Of a DNA stretch of 64,000 nt, positions 31,101 to 40,308 are shown one piece after another. The position numbers and the translations under genes are program-made. The stretch is from an uncultured Bacteroidia bacterium. Lineage in GTDB: Bacteria > Bacteroidota > Bacteroidia > NS11-12g > UBA9320. The stretch covers positions 58,004 to 122,003 of the forward strand of contig CALSMN010000007.1 in the NCBI GenBank assembly GCA_943787465.1, read 5' to 3'. Below the pieces are notes generated by a model. It saw only the letters and a program-made list of their open reading frames with translations. It did not search any database and had not been told where the DNA came from. How positions within the stretch are numbered: the first letter of the stretch is position 1; each line of letters starts with the position of its first letter.

Positions 31101-31990
31101 AGAGTATCCCTATCGAGTTTGAAGAACAAAACAGAATCATCTATAAAGGGAAAGTATCAGTAAATAACGGTCAGTTTAAATTTCAATTTGTGATACCCAA
31201 GGATATAGCATACAATGTTGACAAAGGAAAGTTATCTTATTACGCAAAAGATGGATTTGACCATGCAGGAGGTACCGAACTCAATTACAGTATTGGTGGT
31301 ACATCCGATAATGTGGTAGAGGATAACGTATTTGACCAACTTGAACTATACATTGATGATGAAAGTTGGGTGTTTGGCGGATTGACATCTACTCATCCAA
31401 TATTAATTGCTGACTTATTAGACAGTAATGGAATTAATACCATTGGAAGTGGTATTGGAAGAGAGATGGAGGCCATATTGGATAAAGGAACTAAGAATGA
31501 AAAAGTGATTATCCTAAATGATTACTATCAACCTGCACTCAATAGTTATCAGAAGGGACGTATTGAGTACCCATTTGAGACACTAGCTGAAGGACTCCAT
31601 ACATTAAATATCAAAGCCTGGGATGTTTACAATAATTCGAAAGAGGCATATACAGAATTTGTGGTAAGTAAAAATCCAGAAGTTTCTATTGAAAATTTAC
31701 TGAACTACCCTAACCCCTTTAATGCGTTTACAACATTTCATTTTGATCATAATAAATCTGGACAAACACTTACATCGATGCTTACCATCACAAGTGTAAC
31801 TGGTAAAGTTGTAAAAACAATTGTTCAAACAATTCCAAATGCTCCAACCCATTGTTCATCCATAACTTGGGATGGATTTGATGATTTTGGAGACCCTATA
31901 GGTCGAGGAGTATACTTATACACACTAAAAATTAGAACAGAAGATGGAACAGAGACGAGTCAAAATCAAAAATTATACATCATTAACTAA
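28121..31990 (+). CDS. porU: type IX secretion system sortase PorU (C25 gingipain-like peptidase)
   Basis: 1289 aa. It contains a C25-type peptidase region and a C-terminal T9SS CTD-like domain (NYPNPFNAFTTFHF...LYIIN). It is immediately followed by porV. Confidence 0.8.
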   Translation: MILNWSLKSFFLNIIFLFYFQEVIGQVASVEWVIDEQVSSNPDSRVHEVLRPFSCVGCFEKLTKDKTFMIPYITRKFLANDFDVTDLKLNNITFERINSARLNAYLTENFELNSIATYEKGNRYITLIITPLRANNNDVDYLTSFDISYTKTPYTKTSNSIKYKKDQTYTSVLKNGDFYKISIATDGIYKFDWNFIASLEVNPNNISLSTFKVYGNGGEMLPELIISERSEDLVEVPIQVYDFNNNNLFDKEDYILWFAKDPTSIRYKESNQSYDAQGHDFDIASHYFLTWGGNAGKRITTIADGRGLSYNQTTNQYEDVIYHEQNEENHQKSGRIWWGDKMQNNTIKSFGYSIPGISVGDKISIQTTTTARSIQGYPSSMQLFLNDELLKNIPYSSVSGSYDDRYASDPIKTIVDKTVNSDQINLTFNYNKSWNEAAAWIDYFVITVPRTIQFYGEQKIIRTQRSMLDGNTRFEISNYNPSTMIWNITDFKNPANQEIDIQNNSGFFTAENITINNPPLYILFDLNSTLSPRFIQKIPNQNLHGIKDIDYLIVTHTDLVNQAERLADYHRSNNLSVFVATTDQIFNEFSSGSQDVTAIRDFAKLLYDRGNLPGAERTFKHLLLFGDASYDFKNVEANNTNVVPIYQSYESNYPPITYCSDDYYAILDDDEGYWGTSSKDEGLDIDVGRLPASNIAEAQLIVDKILHYNSEASIGNWMQTITFLGDDEDQNRHVQPSENMTKIISQQSPEYNIKKIWLDAYEQVSFGSGNKYPKVNEEINKVISSQGTLIFNYVGHGGENGMAHERVVTRPEISNWTNYDKLSFYITASCELAKIDNLEIESPGELMLLNPNGGAVGMLATTRVVYIGANTDLNANLLNNNLLKSTNGKLPTLGEAYRNTRNSDPSEEINKRCFILLADPAMRLLSPSYHVVTTKINETEVGLFNDTLGALEVVTIEGEIRDLDQKIMPNFNGELFPTFYDKPSKYSTLGQDAQSIPIEFEEQNRIIYKGKVSVNNGQFKFQFVIPKDIAYNVDKGKLSYYAKDGFDHAGGTELNYSIGGTSDNVVEDNVFDQLELYIDDESWVFGGLTSTHPILIADLLDSNGINTIGSGIGREMEAILDKGTKNEKVIILNDYYQPALNSYQKGRIEYPFETLAEGLHTLNIKAWDVYNNSKEAYTEFVVSKNPEVSIENLLNYPNPFNAFTTFHFDHNKSGQTLTSMLTITSVTGKVVKTIVQTIPNAPTHCSSITWDGFDDFGDPIGRGVYLYTLKIRTEDGTETSQNQKLYIIN

Positions 31991-32000
31991 TAAAAAATTA

Positions 32001-33215
32001 ATGATACATTTGCCTTTAAACACTAAAACATTGAAAAATATTAAAACATTAGTCATTGGGTTAAGCCTTTTTATATCAGCCCAAACTTTTGCTCAAGGGG
32101 GACTCCAATCAAAAGAAAGTCTACTAGGACAGCGAAATGTAATTACTACTGCCGCACCTTTTCTGCTAATTTCTCCTGACTCAAGAGCTGCAGCAATGGG
32201 AGATTTAGGAGTTGCAACCTCCGCAGATGCCAACTCTATCCACTGGAATGCCTCCAAATTAGCTTTTGTTGAGGGAGATGGTGGTATTGCAATTTCAGCA
32301 GCACCGTGGTTGAAACAACTTGTTCCAGATATCTGGTTTTATTATCTATCTGGATATAAAAAAATTGATGACAAAAGTACTGTAGCAGCATCATTGAGAT
32401 ATTTTTCACTGGGTGACATTCAGTTTACTGACAATCAAGGAACATCAACAGGAGACTATGAACCAAAAGAGTTTGCATTTGATGGAGCATATGCTCGTAA
32501 ATTATCTGATAACCTAGCATTAGGAGTAGCCCTAAGATTTATCTTTTCTGATCTTGCACGTGGTCAAATAGGATCCAGTGGTACAGAAATAAAAGCAGGA
32601 ATGGCTGGTGCTGGAGATATATCTATGACTTATCTGAATAATACCAATCTAGGCGGTAAAGATTTTGATTATACTATTGGTGGTAACATCAGCAACATTG
32701 GAAATAAAATCACATACACAACAGAGGCAAATCGAGATTTTATTCCTGTGAATCTAAGGGTCGGAACTTTTTGGAGTACTGAATTAGATGAGTATAATGA
32801 CATTGGTTTTGGAGTAGATTTCAATAAACTTCTAGTACCTACTCCCCAATATGAATATGATTCTCTTGGAGAAATATCTGGAAGGGTAATTGCAGATGAT
32901 CCATTGATTAATGGAATGATCTCATCTTTTGCTGATGCTCCTGGAGGATTTAAAGAAGAATTGAACGAAATAACCATTTCTGCGGGTCTTGAATATTGGT
33001 ATGCAAAACAATTTGCTCTTCGTGCTGGATACTTTTATGAAGCAGATACCAAAGGATCTAGAAAATATTTGACCTTTGGTGCTGGACTAAAATATAATGT
33101 TTTTCAAATTGATGCAGCATATCTGCAGCCATTTGCAAGAAGACACCCACTTCAAAATACGATACGATTTAGCCTACTTTTTGATTTAGACGCTTTCAAA
33201 AATCAAGAAAATTAG
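32001..33215 (+). CDS. porV: type IX secretion system outer-membrane shuttle protein PorV (LptO)
   Basis: Signal peptide then a beta-barrel. It is conserved downstream of porU. The ATG at 32001 lies 8 nt after the porU stop. The upstream part of the 31944 ORF overlaps porU. Confidence 0.8.
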   Translation: MIHLPLNTKTLKNIKTLVIGLSLFISAQTFAQGGLQSKESLLGQRNVITTAAPFLLISPDSRAAAMGDLGVATSADANSIHWNASKLAFVEGDGGIAISAAPWLKQLVPDIWFYYLSGYKKIDDKSTVAASLRYFSLGDIQFTDNQGTSTGDYEPKEFAFDGAYARKLSDNLALGVALRFIFSDLARGQIGSSGTEIKAGMAGAGDISMTYLNNTNLGGKDFDYTIGGNISNIGNKITYTTEANRDFIPVNLRVGTFWSTELDEYNDIGFGVDFNKLLVPTPQYEYDSLGEISGRVIADDPLINGMISSFADAPGGFKEELNEITISAGLEYWYAKQFALRAGYFYEADTKGSRKYLTFGAGLKYNVFQIDAAYLQPFARRHPLQNTIRFSLLFDLDAFKNQEN

Positions 33216-33268
33216 ACGACACATCATACACTTTAAAACATGAAAAAGCTACTCTACAGTGGCTTTTT

Positions 33269-33910
33269 TTATGTTTGTAAAAATGGATTAGCAATTCGTT
33301 CTTGTCCAATAGTTGTTAGTGGACCATGACCAGAATACACCACAGTAGAATCATCCAATACGAGTAGATGAGTATCTATAGAACGTATAAGGATATCAAA
33401 ATCACCTCCAGGAAGATCTGTTCTTCCAATACTCCCTTGGAATAAAACATCTCCACCGATAACATATCCTTCTTTTTCATTATGAAAACAAACACTCCCA
33501 GGTGAGTGACCAGGAGTATGGAATATTTTAAAATCAGCTCCGCCAAATTGAAATGATTGACCATGGGTTAGCGTTGAATTCGCTTTAACCAGAGGTTTCA
33601 TAGGCAAACCATATTGTTGAGCAACAGATACGGCAGAGTTATAAATCATTAAATCGTCTGCATGAAGTTCTGGGACTACATTATAATTTTGATATACCCA
33701 ATTTACGCCAAATACATGATCTAAATGAGCATGAGTAAGTATGAGTCGAATTGGGTTTAATCCATGTGAGTTTAAATATTCAAAAAATTTTATATTTTCC
33801 TGAGGATAATACATTCCAGGATCAATGATGATTGCATTGGAATAATCATCTGATAGGATATACGTATTTTCTGCAAATGGACCGAATGTAAGTTGATGAA
33901 TGTGTGTCAT
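33269..33910 (-). CDS. MBL-fold metallo-hydrolase (glyoxalase II-like)
   Basis: The metal-binding motif THAHLDHVFG and downstream conserved His/Asp residues are present. The start overlaps the rodA stop (ATGA), so it is translationally coupled to the rod operon. Confidence 0.75.
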   Translation of the reverse strand: MTHIHQLTFGPFAENTYILSDDYSNAIIIDPGMYYPQENIKFFEYLNSHGLNPIRLILTHAHLDHVFGVNWVYQNYNVVPELHADDLMIYNSAVSVAQQYGLPMKPLVKANSTLTHGQSFQFGGADFKIFHTPGHSPGSVCFHNEKEGYVIGGDVLFQGSIGRTDLPGGDFDILIRSIDTHLLVLDDSTVVYSGHGPLTTIGQERIANPFLQT

Positions 33911-35175
33911 GATAAAACCGATTCTAAATCTTGATCTCTAGTCGCATCCAGTTTAAGAGCCGTAAAAATAAATATACCAAAACCTAGTACAGATGAACCA
34001 CCATAAGAAATTAGAGGCAATGGAATACCAATTACAGGCATAAGACCAATTGCCATGCCTATGTTTACAACAACATGAAATAAAATAATGGATGCTAAAG
34101 AACTAATAAAAATTCGTTTAAATTTCTTTTTAGCACGAGAAGACAAATAGAATAATCGGAGAACAAATGACAAGTATAGGATAATTGTAATGCTACTCAT
34201 TACCCACCCTCCTTCTTCACCGATAGTGCAAAAAATAAAATCTGTTTCTTGTTCTGGTATGAAATTCCCCTTCGTGTGTGAACCGTTCAAAAAACCTTTA
34301 CCATATAGTCTTCCAGAACCTATAGCTATTTTAGATTGATTAACATTATATCCCGCACCCTGATTATCTTCAATCAAATTTAAAGTGACTTGTATCCTTT
34401 TTTGCTGATGTTCTTGAAGTACATTTTCAAAAATAAACTGAACACACAAACTGAATATTATAGCTAAAAATAAAAATGATACACTTGGCCAAAAAAATCG
34501 TTTTTCAGAATAGGTAAATCCATAAAAGATTAAGAACAAAATCAGTAGAGCAATACTTAGATATAAGGATCCATAAATTAAAGTTACTATAAAAATAATA
34601 ATTGAGGCTATCCCTAAAACTAATACCGTTGGGGTAAGTCCTTCTAAATAAAAAACAATTATAAAACTCAAAAATACCAGAGCTGAACCTGTATCCCCTT
34701 GTAAAATTATCAACCCCATTGGAATTAATAATACTAAAATAACTCTAATCAAATCTGATCTTTTATTGAATGAAAAATCAATAGCACTAATCAAAGAAGA
34801 TACAACTAAAGCCGTTCCATATTTTCCAAATTCTGAGGGTTGAATACTAAATGAGCCGAGTTTTATCCAAGATCTAGCACCATTTATATCAACTCCAATT
34901 ATCAATACAAGAAGTAGCAATAGCATACAAATACCGAATATGTAAAAACTAAATAATTCAAAAAAATTAGCATTGAGTAAGAAAATGATAATACCCAGAA
35001 ATAATGAAATTCCAAACCAAACTAATTGTTTGCCACTTCTTCCGTCAAAAAGACTAAAAATAGTATCATTCATTGTAGCTGAATAGACACTTGCTATTCC
35101 TAAACTAGTAATCACTATGAAAAGAAATAAAGCGATGATATCTAGCTGAGATCTATTTTCCATATAAAGACTCAT
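33907..35175 (-). CDS. rodA: rod shape-determining protein RodA (SEDS family)
   Basis: FtsW/RodA/SpoVE family with 10 TM segments. The start may be the ATG at 35163. Confidence 0.85.
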   Translation of the reverse strand: MSLYMENRSQLDIIALFLFIVITSLGIASVYSATMNDTIFSLFDGRSGKQLVWFGISLFLGIIIFLLNANFFELFSFYIFGICMLLLLLVLIIGVDINGARSWIKLGSFSIQPSEFGKYGTALVVSSLISAIDFSFNKRSDLIRVILVLLIPMGLIILQGDTGSALVFLSFIIVFYLEGLTPTVLVLGIASIIIFIVTLIYGSLYLSIALLILFLIFYGFTYSEKRFFWPSVSFLFLAIIFSLCVQFIFENVLQEHQQKRIQVTLNLIEDNQGAGYNVNQSKIAIGSGRLYGKGFLNGSHTKGNFIPEQETDFIFCTIGEEGGWVMSSITIILYLSFVLRLFYLSSRAKKKFKRIFISSLASIILFHVVVNIGMAIGLMPVIGIPLPLISYGGSSVLGFGIFIFTALKLDATRDQDLESVLS

Positions 35176-37018
35176 CCATCATTATTCTATATTTTTCTGG
35201 AATCAAATTAGCATTAATCATCTTCTCTTCTAACTTGGGCTTAGTTGTATGATTCTCAGAATCTATCTTCAGATATTTTTCAATCATTAAATGTGCTATT
35301 GGCGCAGCCCAGGAGGCACCATACCCCGATTCTTCAACAATAACAGCTATGGCTATTTTAGGGTCATTAACAGGAGCAAAAGACATATATACTGAGTGAT
35401 TCTTGCCGTGAGGATTTTGGACCGTTCCTGTTTTTCCCGCTATTTCAATATGATCAAAAGCTAGATGAGATGCTGTACCGGAAATGGTCACCTCTTTCAT
35501 CCCTTCGATTACGGGCAAAAAATGTTCAGGTGAGACATGAGTCACATGTTTAGTTAAATATTTTTTGGGTATTTGATCTAAACCTTCAATTTGCTTTACC
35601 ACATGTGGCGTATAAAAGTAGCCCTTATTGGCAATAGTAGCTGCCACATTGGCAATTTGTATGGGGGTGAGTCCCAGTTCACCTTGACCAAAAGACAGGG
35701 AAATAATACTGGCATAATTCCAACTATTTTTACCATGCATTTTGTTGTAATAATCTGCATCTTTTACCCATCCCTTAAATTCACCAGAAATATCTATTCC
35801 CAGTTCATTTCCTAAGCCAAAGCTATTTAAATAAGATGTCCAGCTCACATATGCTTCTTCGGTAGATGAATACTTCTGAGATTGCATCATTTTTTTAAAT
35901 ATATTGCAGTAATACGTATTGCAACTGCTAGCTATACTCTCTTTTAGACTCGTATTTGATGGATGATAGTGACATTTAATAATTTGAGTACCAAGCTTAT
36001 ATTGACCAGAACAATTGAAATGAGTATGAGACTCAATAGCATTATCTTCAAGACCTACTAATGCCATTAGCGGTTTGAAAGTACTGCCAGGAGGATATGG
36101 AGCACTTACTGCTCGATTAAAAATAGGTTTTGTAGGATCATCAATAGCTCTTTTGTAATACTTACCTCTATTCTGAATATTGAAATTTGCTGGATTATAA
36201 AATGGGCTTGAAATAAGGGACAAAATTTCTCCCGTTTGGGGTTCAATCGCTACAATACTTCCCATTTTATTATCCAATAATTTCTCGCCATATTGTTGTA
36301 AGTCAACATCAATAGTTAAATGTAAATTTTTTCCGTCAACCGGTTCAACATTTAAGGCCCCATTTTTATAAACACCTTTATTGACACCTGAACGATCTAC
36401 ATAAAAAAAATATTCACCTTTAGCACCTCTGAGTTCTTTCTCATAAATTTTCTCGACTCCTTTTTTACCAATAAAATCACCTTGGCTATAAAAACTATCA
36501 CGTTGAGTCATCAAATCAGACTCACCTACCTCACCTAGATATCCTAATAAATGAGCCGAGCTATTGTATTTATAATTTCTATCTTGTCTAATTTCAAAGA
36601 AAAATCCTTGAAATTCGTACATTCTTTCTTGAATATGGGCATAGGTAGTATTTGAAATATTTTTTTTAAAAAGCGATTTGCCTTGGTAGGATTGTTTTTT
36701 GGATTTTGCTAGTAGTTTATCAAAGGTGTTTTTATCTATTTCTAACAATTCACAAAAAGCTAAAGTATCTATATTTTGCAATGAAATAGGTACAGACACC
36801 ATTAAATCATAAACTGGATCATTGTAGACTAAAAGCTTTTGATTTCTATCAAAGATAAGACCACGTTGTGGGTATATGACTTGTTTTCGAAGCGATATAC
36901 GTTCTGCAATTAGCGCGTATTTGTCATCCAAAACTTGAATTTGAAGTAATCTGAATAGATAGGTTAATCCAATAATCACAACCGTCAAATAGATATAAGG
37001 TAGTCTACTATTTTTCAC
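35153..37018 (-). CDS. mrdA: penicillin-binding protein 2 (peptidoglycan D,D-transpeptidase MrdA)
   Basis: N-terminal TM anchor. The motifs STFKP, SSCN and KTGT are present. Confidence 0.9.
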   Translation of the reverse strand: MKNSRLPYIYLTVVIIGLTYLFRLLQIQVLDDKYALIAERISLRKQVIYPQRGLIFDRNQKLLVYNDPVYDLMVSVPISLQNIDTLAFCELLEIDKNTFDKLLAKSKKQSYQGKSLFKKNISNTTYAHIQERMYEFQGFFFEIRQDRNYKYNSSAHLLGYLGEVGESDLMTQRDSFYSQGDFIGKKGVEKIYEKELRGAKGEYFFYVDRSGVNKGVYKNGALNVEPVDGKNLHLTIDVDLQQYGEKLLDNKMGSIVAIEPQTGEILSLISSPFYNPANFNIQNRGKYYKRAIDDPTKPIFNRAVSAPYPPGSTFKPLMALVGLEDNAIESHTHFNCSGQYKLGTQIIKCHYHPSNTSLKESIASSCNTYYCNIFKKMMQSQKYSSTEEAYVSWTSYLNSFGLGNELGIDISGEFKGWVKDADYYNKMHGKNSWNYASIISLSFGQGELGLTPIQIANVAATIANKGYFYTPHVVKQIEGLDQIPKKYLTKHVTHVSPEHFLPVIEGMKEVTISGTASHLAFDHIEIAGKTGTVQNPHGKNHSVYMSFAPVNDPKIAIAVIVEESGYGASWAAPIAHLMIEKYLKIDSENHTTKPKLEEKMINANLIPEKYRIMMDESLYGK

Positions 37019-37515
37019 TCTATTTGTCTAATCGATAATGCTTCAAAAATACCAATTATCAGTAGAGATAGAAGAGAACTACTCACTCCTGTAATTAACA
37101 GATGACTGACATTAATATGACCAATTCCCTCTAACCATAAGACATAAAAATGATAGAAAAATACCAGAATTAGAGCCGTATAAGAAAATGGAACAAAGCC
37201 TACATTTTGGATAGAATAGGACCATCGATTATTGGTTTGTTCTACCAAATCTTGGCGATCGAGAATTAACATTCTCAAGCCCATCAGCCACAAACAAGCA
37301 GACGTATGAATTCCTGGTGTATACACTAAAAAATCAATGAACAATCCAAGAGAAAATGCTCCGATAATTTGATATGATTTCTTGATATGAAGTGGAAAAG
37401 CAATTAATAGAATTATAAATACTTGGGGATATATGTAGGTAGAAATATCCAAATGATTTAGAATTAAAATCTGAAAACAAATGATAAATATCCAATATAT
37501 CGTTGCTTTAATCAT
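37015..37515 (-). CDS. mreD: rod shape-determining protein MreD
   Basis: 166 aa polytopic membrane protein between mreC and mrdA. It overlaps both neighbours by a few bp. Confidence 0.7.
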   Translation of the reverse strand: MIKATIYWIFIICFQILILNHLDISTYIYPQVFIILLIAFPLHIKKSYQIIGAFSLGLFIDFLVYTPGIHTSACLWLMGLRMLILDRQDLVEQTNNRWSYSIQNVGFVPFSYTALILVFFYHFYVLWLEGIGHINVSHLLITGVSSSLLSLLIIGIFEALSIRQIE

Positions 37516-38329
37516 TTAAAAATAAATTATTTAAGGATTCATAATCACGATTTACTATCACAAAAGCATAAGCTAGATTTCTGAAATTTGTCACTGTTTT
37601 CAGTTCCATCTCGGCATATTGACTTTTTGGATTCTCTTTAATTTTGGTGATGCTACCAATGGGAATACCCCTTGGAAACAATAGGGATGAGTTGCCGGTA
37701 TAAACCGTATCCCCCAACTGGATGTTTTCTAGTTTATTTATTCCTTTTAGGGTTAAATGATTGGGGTTTGAATTATTCCAGATTAATTCTGTAAAATACT
37801 CTTGCCCATTTATATACGGAATTATTTTCATTTCAGAATTCAATAATGACATGACCGTACTGAAATTATCATTCGACTCTAAAACAATACCAGCGACACC
37901 TTGAGGAGAAATTACACCCATATTTTTTTTTATTCCATGATTTTTCCCTTTGTTAATAATGAAGACATTATTGACTTTGAATGATGTATTATAAATCACA
38001 TGAACCGGGATTGCCTCAAACAGTTGATTATTGATAGAATCTTGAATAGCTATAGTGTCATTAAGATAATTAAGTGATTGCGGATATCTATCTTTAAATT
38101 GATTTGCAATTTGTTCTTGTAGGGCTATATTTTGCTTCTTTAGGTCAAAGTAATTTGTAACATTAAAGGAGATAGCGTGGAATCTTCCTGTCACAGAAGA
38201 TGCAAATTGAGTAAAAGTCGCTTTTTGATATGGATTTAAATTGAAGATAAGAAAGGCACTAACTACCTGTAAAAATACAAGTAATAGAATGTGTAAATTA
38301 TGCTCTATGAACGCAATTAGGCGTTGCAT
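37508..38329 (-). CDS. mreC: rod shape-determining protein MreC
   Basis: N-terminal TM segment, then a coiled coil, then a beta-rich domain. It sits directly downstream of mreB. Confidence 0.8.
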   Translation of the reverse strand: MQRLIAFIEHNLHILLLVFLQVVSAFLIFNLNPYQKATFTQFASSVTGRFHAISFNVTNYFDLKKQNIALQEQIANQFKDRYPQSLNYLNDTIAIQDSINNQLFEAIPVHVIYNTSFKVNNVFIINKGKNHGIKKNMGVISPQGVAGIVLESNDNFSTVMSLLNSEMKIIPYINGQEYFTELIWNNSNPNHLTLKGINKLENIQLGDTVYTGNSSLLFPRGIPIGSITKIKENPKSQYAEMELKTVTNFRNLAYAFVIVNRDYESLNNLFLND

Positions 38330-39354
38330 TAAGTAAATATAGTCCTATAGCTTTTCAAGTTTTTCAAGGCAACGGACGTACCTCTGACGACAGCTCTTAG
38401 TGGGTCTTCTGCAACATAAACAGGAAGTTTAGTCTTGCTGGATATTCTTCTATCCAATCCGCGTAATAATGCTCCACCCCCGGTTAAGTATAAACCAGTT
38501 TGATAAATATCTGCAGATAATTCTGGGGGAGTATATTCTAGTGCTTTCATCACTGCTTCTTCAATTTTTGAAATAGATTTATCTAGGGCAAGAGCAATTT
38601 CAGAATAACTTACAAATATTTGTTTGGGAATGCCTGTCATTAAATCTCTTCCATTTACGGCATAATCTTCGGGTGGATTTTCCAACTCAGGAAGTGCAGC
38701 ACCCACATTGATTTTAATATTTTCAGCTGTTCTATCACCAATCATCAAATTGTGCTGTCTTCGCATATACTCAATGATATCGTTGGTAAAATCATCGCCT
38801 GCTACACGTATGGATTCGTCAGAAACGATCCCTGAGAGCGCTATGACGGCAATTTCTGTGGTTCCACCCCCGATGTCAATAATCATATTTCCCATGGGTT
38901 CGGCAACATCAATCCCTATACCAATGGCTGCTGCCATCGGTTCTGGAATCATATACACTTCTCTTCCGCCAGAACGTTCAGCACTTTCTTTAACCGCTCT
39001 TTTTTCAACTTGTGTAATGCCACTGGGAATACAAATAACCATTCTAAGTTGTGGTGATCGCCAGGTATTTTTGCTGTTTATTAATTTTATAAAACCACTA
39101 ATCATCTGTTCAGCAGCTTCAAAATCTGCTATTACTCCGTCTTTGAGTGGTCGAATAGTTTTGATGTCTTCATGGGTTTTGCCATGCATTTTTTGTGCCT
39201 CTGAACCAATAGCTAAAACTTCCTTACTATTTCTGTGTATAGCAATGATCGATGGCTCATCAACAACAAGCTTGTCTTTGTGCATGATTAATGTATTAGC
39301 CGTACCCAAATCGATAGCTAAGTCCTGAGTAAAAAAATTAAATATTCCCATCAT
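38329..39354 (-). CDS. mreB: rod shape-determining protein MreB (actin homologue)
   Basis: 341 aa. The actin-fold motifs DLGTANTLI and IDIGGGTTEIAVI are present. Confidence 0.95.
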   Translation of the reverse strand: MMGIFNFFTQDLAIDLGTANTLIMHKDKLVVDEPSIIAIHRNSKEVLAIGSEAQKMHGKTHEDIKTIRPLKDGVIADFEAAEQMISGFIKLINSKNTWRSPQLRMVICIPSGITQVEKRAVKESAERSGGREVYMIPEPMAAAIGIGIDVAEPMGNMIIDIGGGTTEIAVIALSGIVSDESIRVAGDDFTNDIIEYMRRQHNLMIGDRTAENIKINVGAALPELENPPEDYAVNGRDLMTGIPKQIFVSYSEIALALDKSISKIEEAVMKALEYTPPELSADIYQTGLYLTGGGALLRGLDRRISSKTKLPVYVAEDPLRAVVRGTSVALKNLKSYRTIFT

Positions 39355-39508
39355 TAAATTCCGTAAGCAAAAATATAGTTTTATTCATGTATTATCCTAT
39401 CTATTAGGCACTAATCCTTATAATTTATTAAAAAAAAGATTTTCTATTTTCCATTTATAATTTTCATGTATAAAAAGAAGGTAAAATTGACAATTTTATT
39501 ATCTATAT

Positions 39509-39539
39509 TTTGATAATAATTTAATCTTTAGTATATTTG
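39509..39539 (+). promoter_or_regulatory. Bacteroidota sigma-A promoter (TTTG -33, 19-nt spacer, TATATTTG -7) for the S24 repressor gene; implies a near-leaderless mRNA
   Basis: TTTG is at 39509-39512 and TATATTTG at 39532-39539, matching the TAnnTTTG consensus. The ATG is at 39547, only 8 nt after the -7 box. Confidence 0.45.
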
Positions 39540-39546
39540 TAGCATC

Positions 39547-40254
39547 ATGTATTTCGATAAAAATATTAAGTTACTGCGTACAAAAAAAGGATTGAGTCAG
39601 CAAGATTTAGCTGACGCTATAAATATTACACGATCCAAACTAAACAGTTATGAACGAGGCGTACAACCTCCATTTGATATACAAATTGAGCTAGCCGATT
39701 ATTTTAATGTAACACTTGACGGCCTAGTTCGCCACGATCTAGCCAAGCTTACCCATTTTAAACTAACTCAGATATTGAAAGGAAGTGAAGCTGACTTAAG
39801 AGGTCGTAAATTGCGCCTACTTACCGTAAGTGTAGATGCTAATGAAGATGAAAATATAGAAGTGGTTAGCATGAAAGCTCAAGCGGGTTATACAGGAGGA
39901 TATGCCGACCCTGAATTTATCGAAAATTTGCCCAAATTCAAACTCCCGTTTTTACCTAAAAACAAAACGTATAGAAGTTTTCAAATCAAAGGCGATAGTA
40001 TGCCTCCCGTTAGTGAAGGATCCTGGGTTACAGCTAGCTATCTTCAAGATTGGAATGATATCAAGGATGGAGAAAACTATATCGTAGTAACCAAAGATGA
40101 AGGTGTAGTATTTAAGCGATTGTATAACAAAATCAAAGAAGATCAAAGCTTAACCTTAGTCAGTACGAATAGCGCATACGCCCCTTACCCCATTCATATC
40201 GATCACGTTTTAGAAATTTGGAAATTTGAAACATGGAATGGTTTTGAATTATAA
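39547..40254 (+). CDS. LexA-like transcriptional repressor: XRE-family HTH + S24 peptidase domain
   Basis: The N-terminal HTH is LSQQDLADAINITRSKLNSYERG. The S24 Ser/Lys dyad motif has GDSMPP followed by a downstream KRL. Confidence 0.75.
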   Translation: MYFDKNIKLLRTKKGLSQQDLADAINITRSKLNSYERGVQPPFDIQIELADYFNVTLDGLVRHDLAKLTHFKLTQILKGSEADLRGRKLRLLTVSVDANEDENIEVVSMKAQAGYTGGYADPEFIENLPKFKLPFLPKNKTYRSFQIKGDSMPPVSEGSWVTASYLQDWNDIKDGENYIVVTKDEGVVFKRLYNKIKEDQSLTLVSTNSAYAPYPIHIDHVLEIWKFETWNGFEL

Positions 40255-40290
40255 AAAAAGGGGAAAGTGTAATTCTTTTCCCCTTTTTAA
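40251..40290. terminator. bidirectional rho-independent terminator between convergent S24 repressor and htrA
   Basis: Stem GGGGAAAG / CTTTCCCC, flanked by an A-run at 40252-40259 and a T-run at 40284-40288. Confidence 0.7.
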
Positions 40291-40308
40291 AAAATAGATG
40301 AAACCAGC

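Noticed and set aside
38708-39328. 206-aa ORF antisense to mreB
   Set aside because: It is fully embedded in the highly conserved mreB coding region. Its Ser/Ile-rich composition is typical of antisense reading frames.
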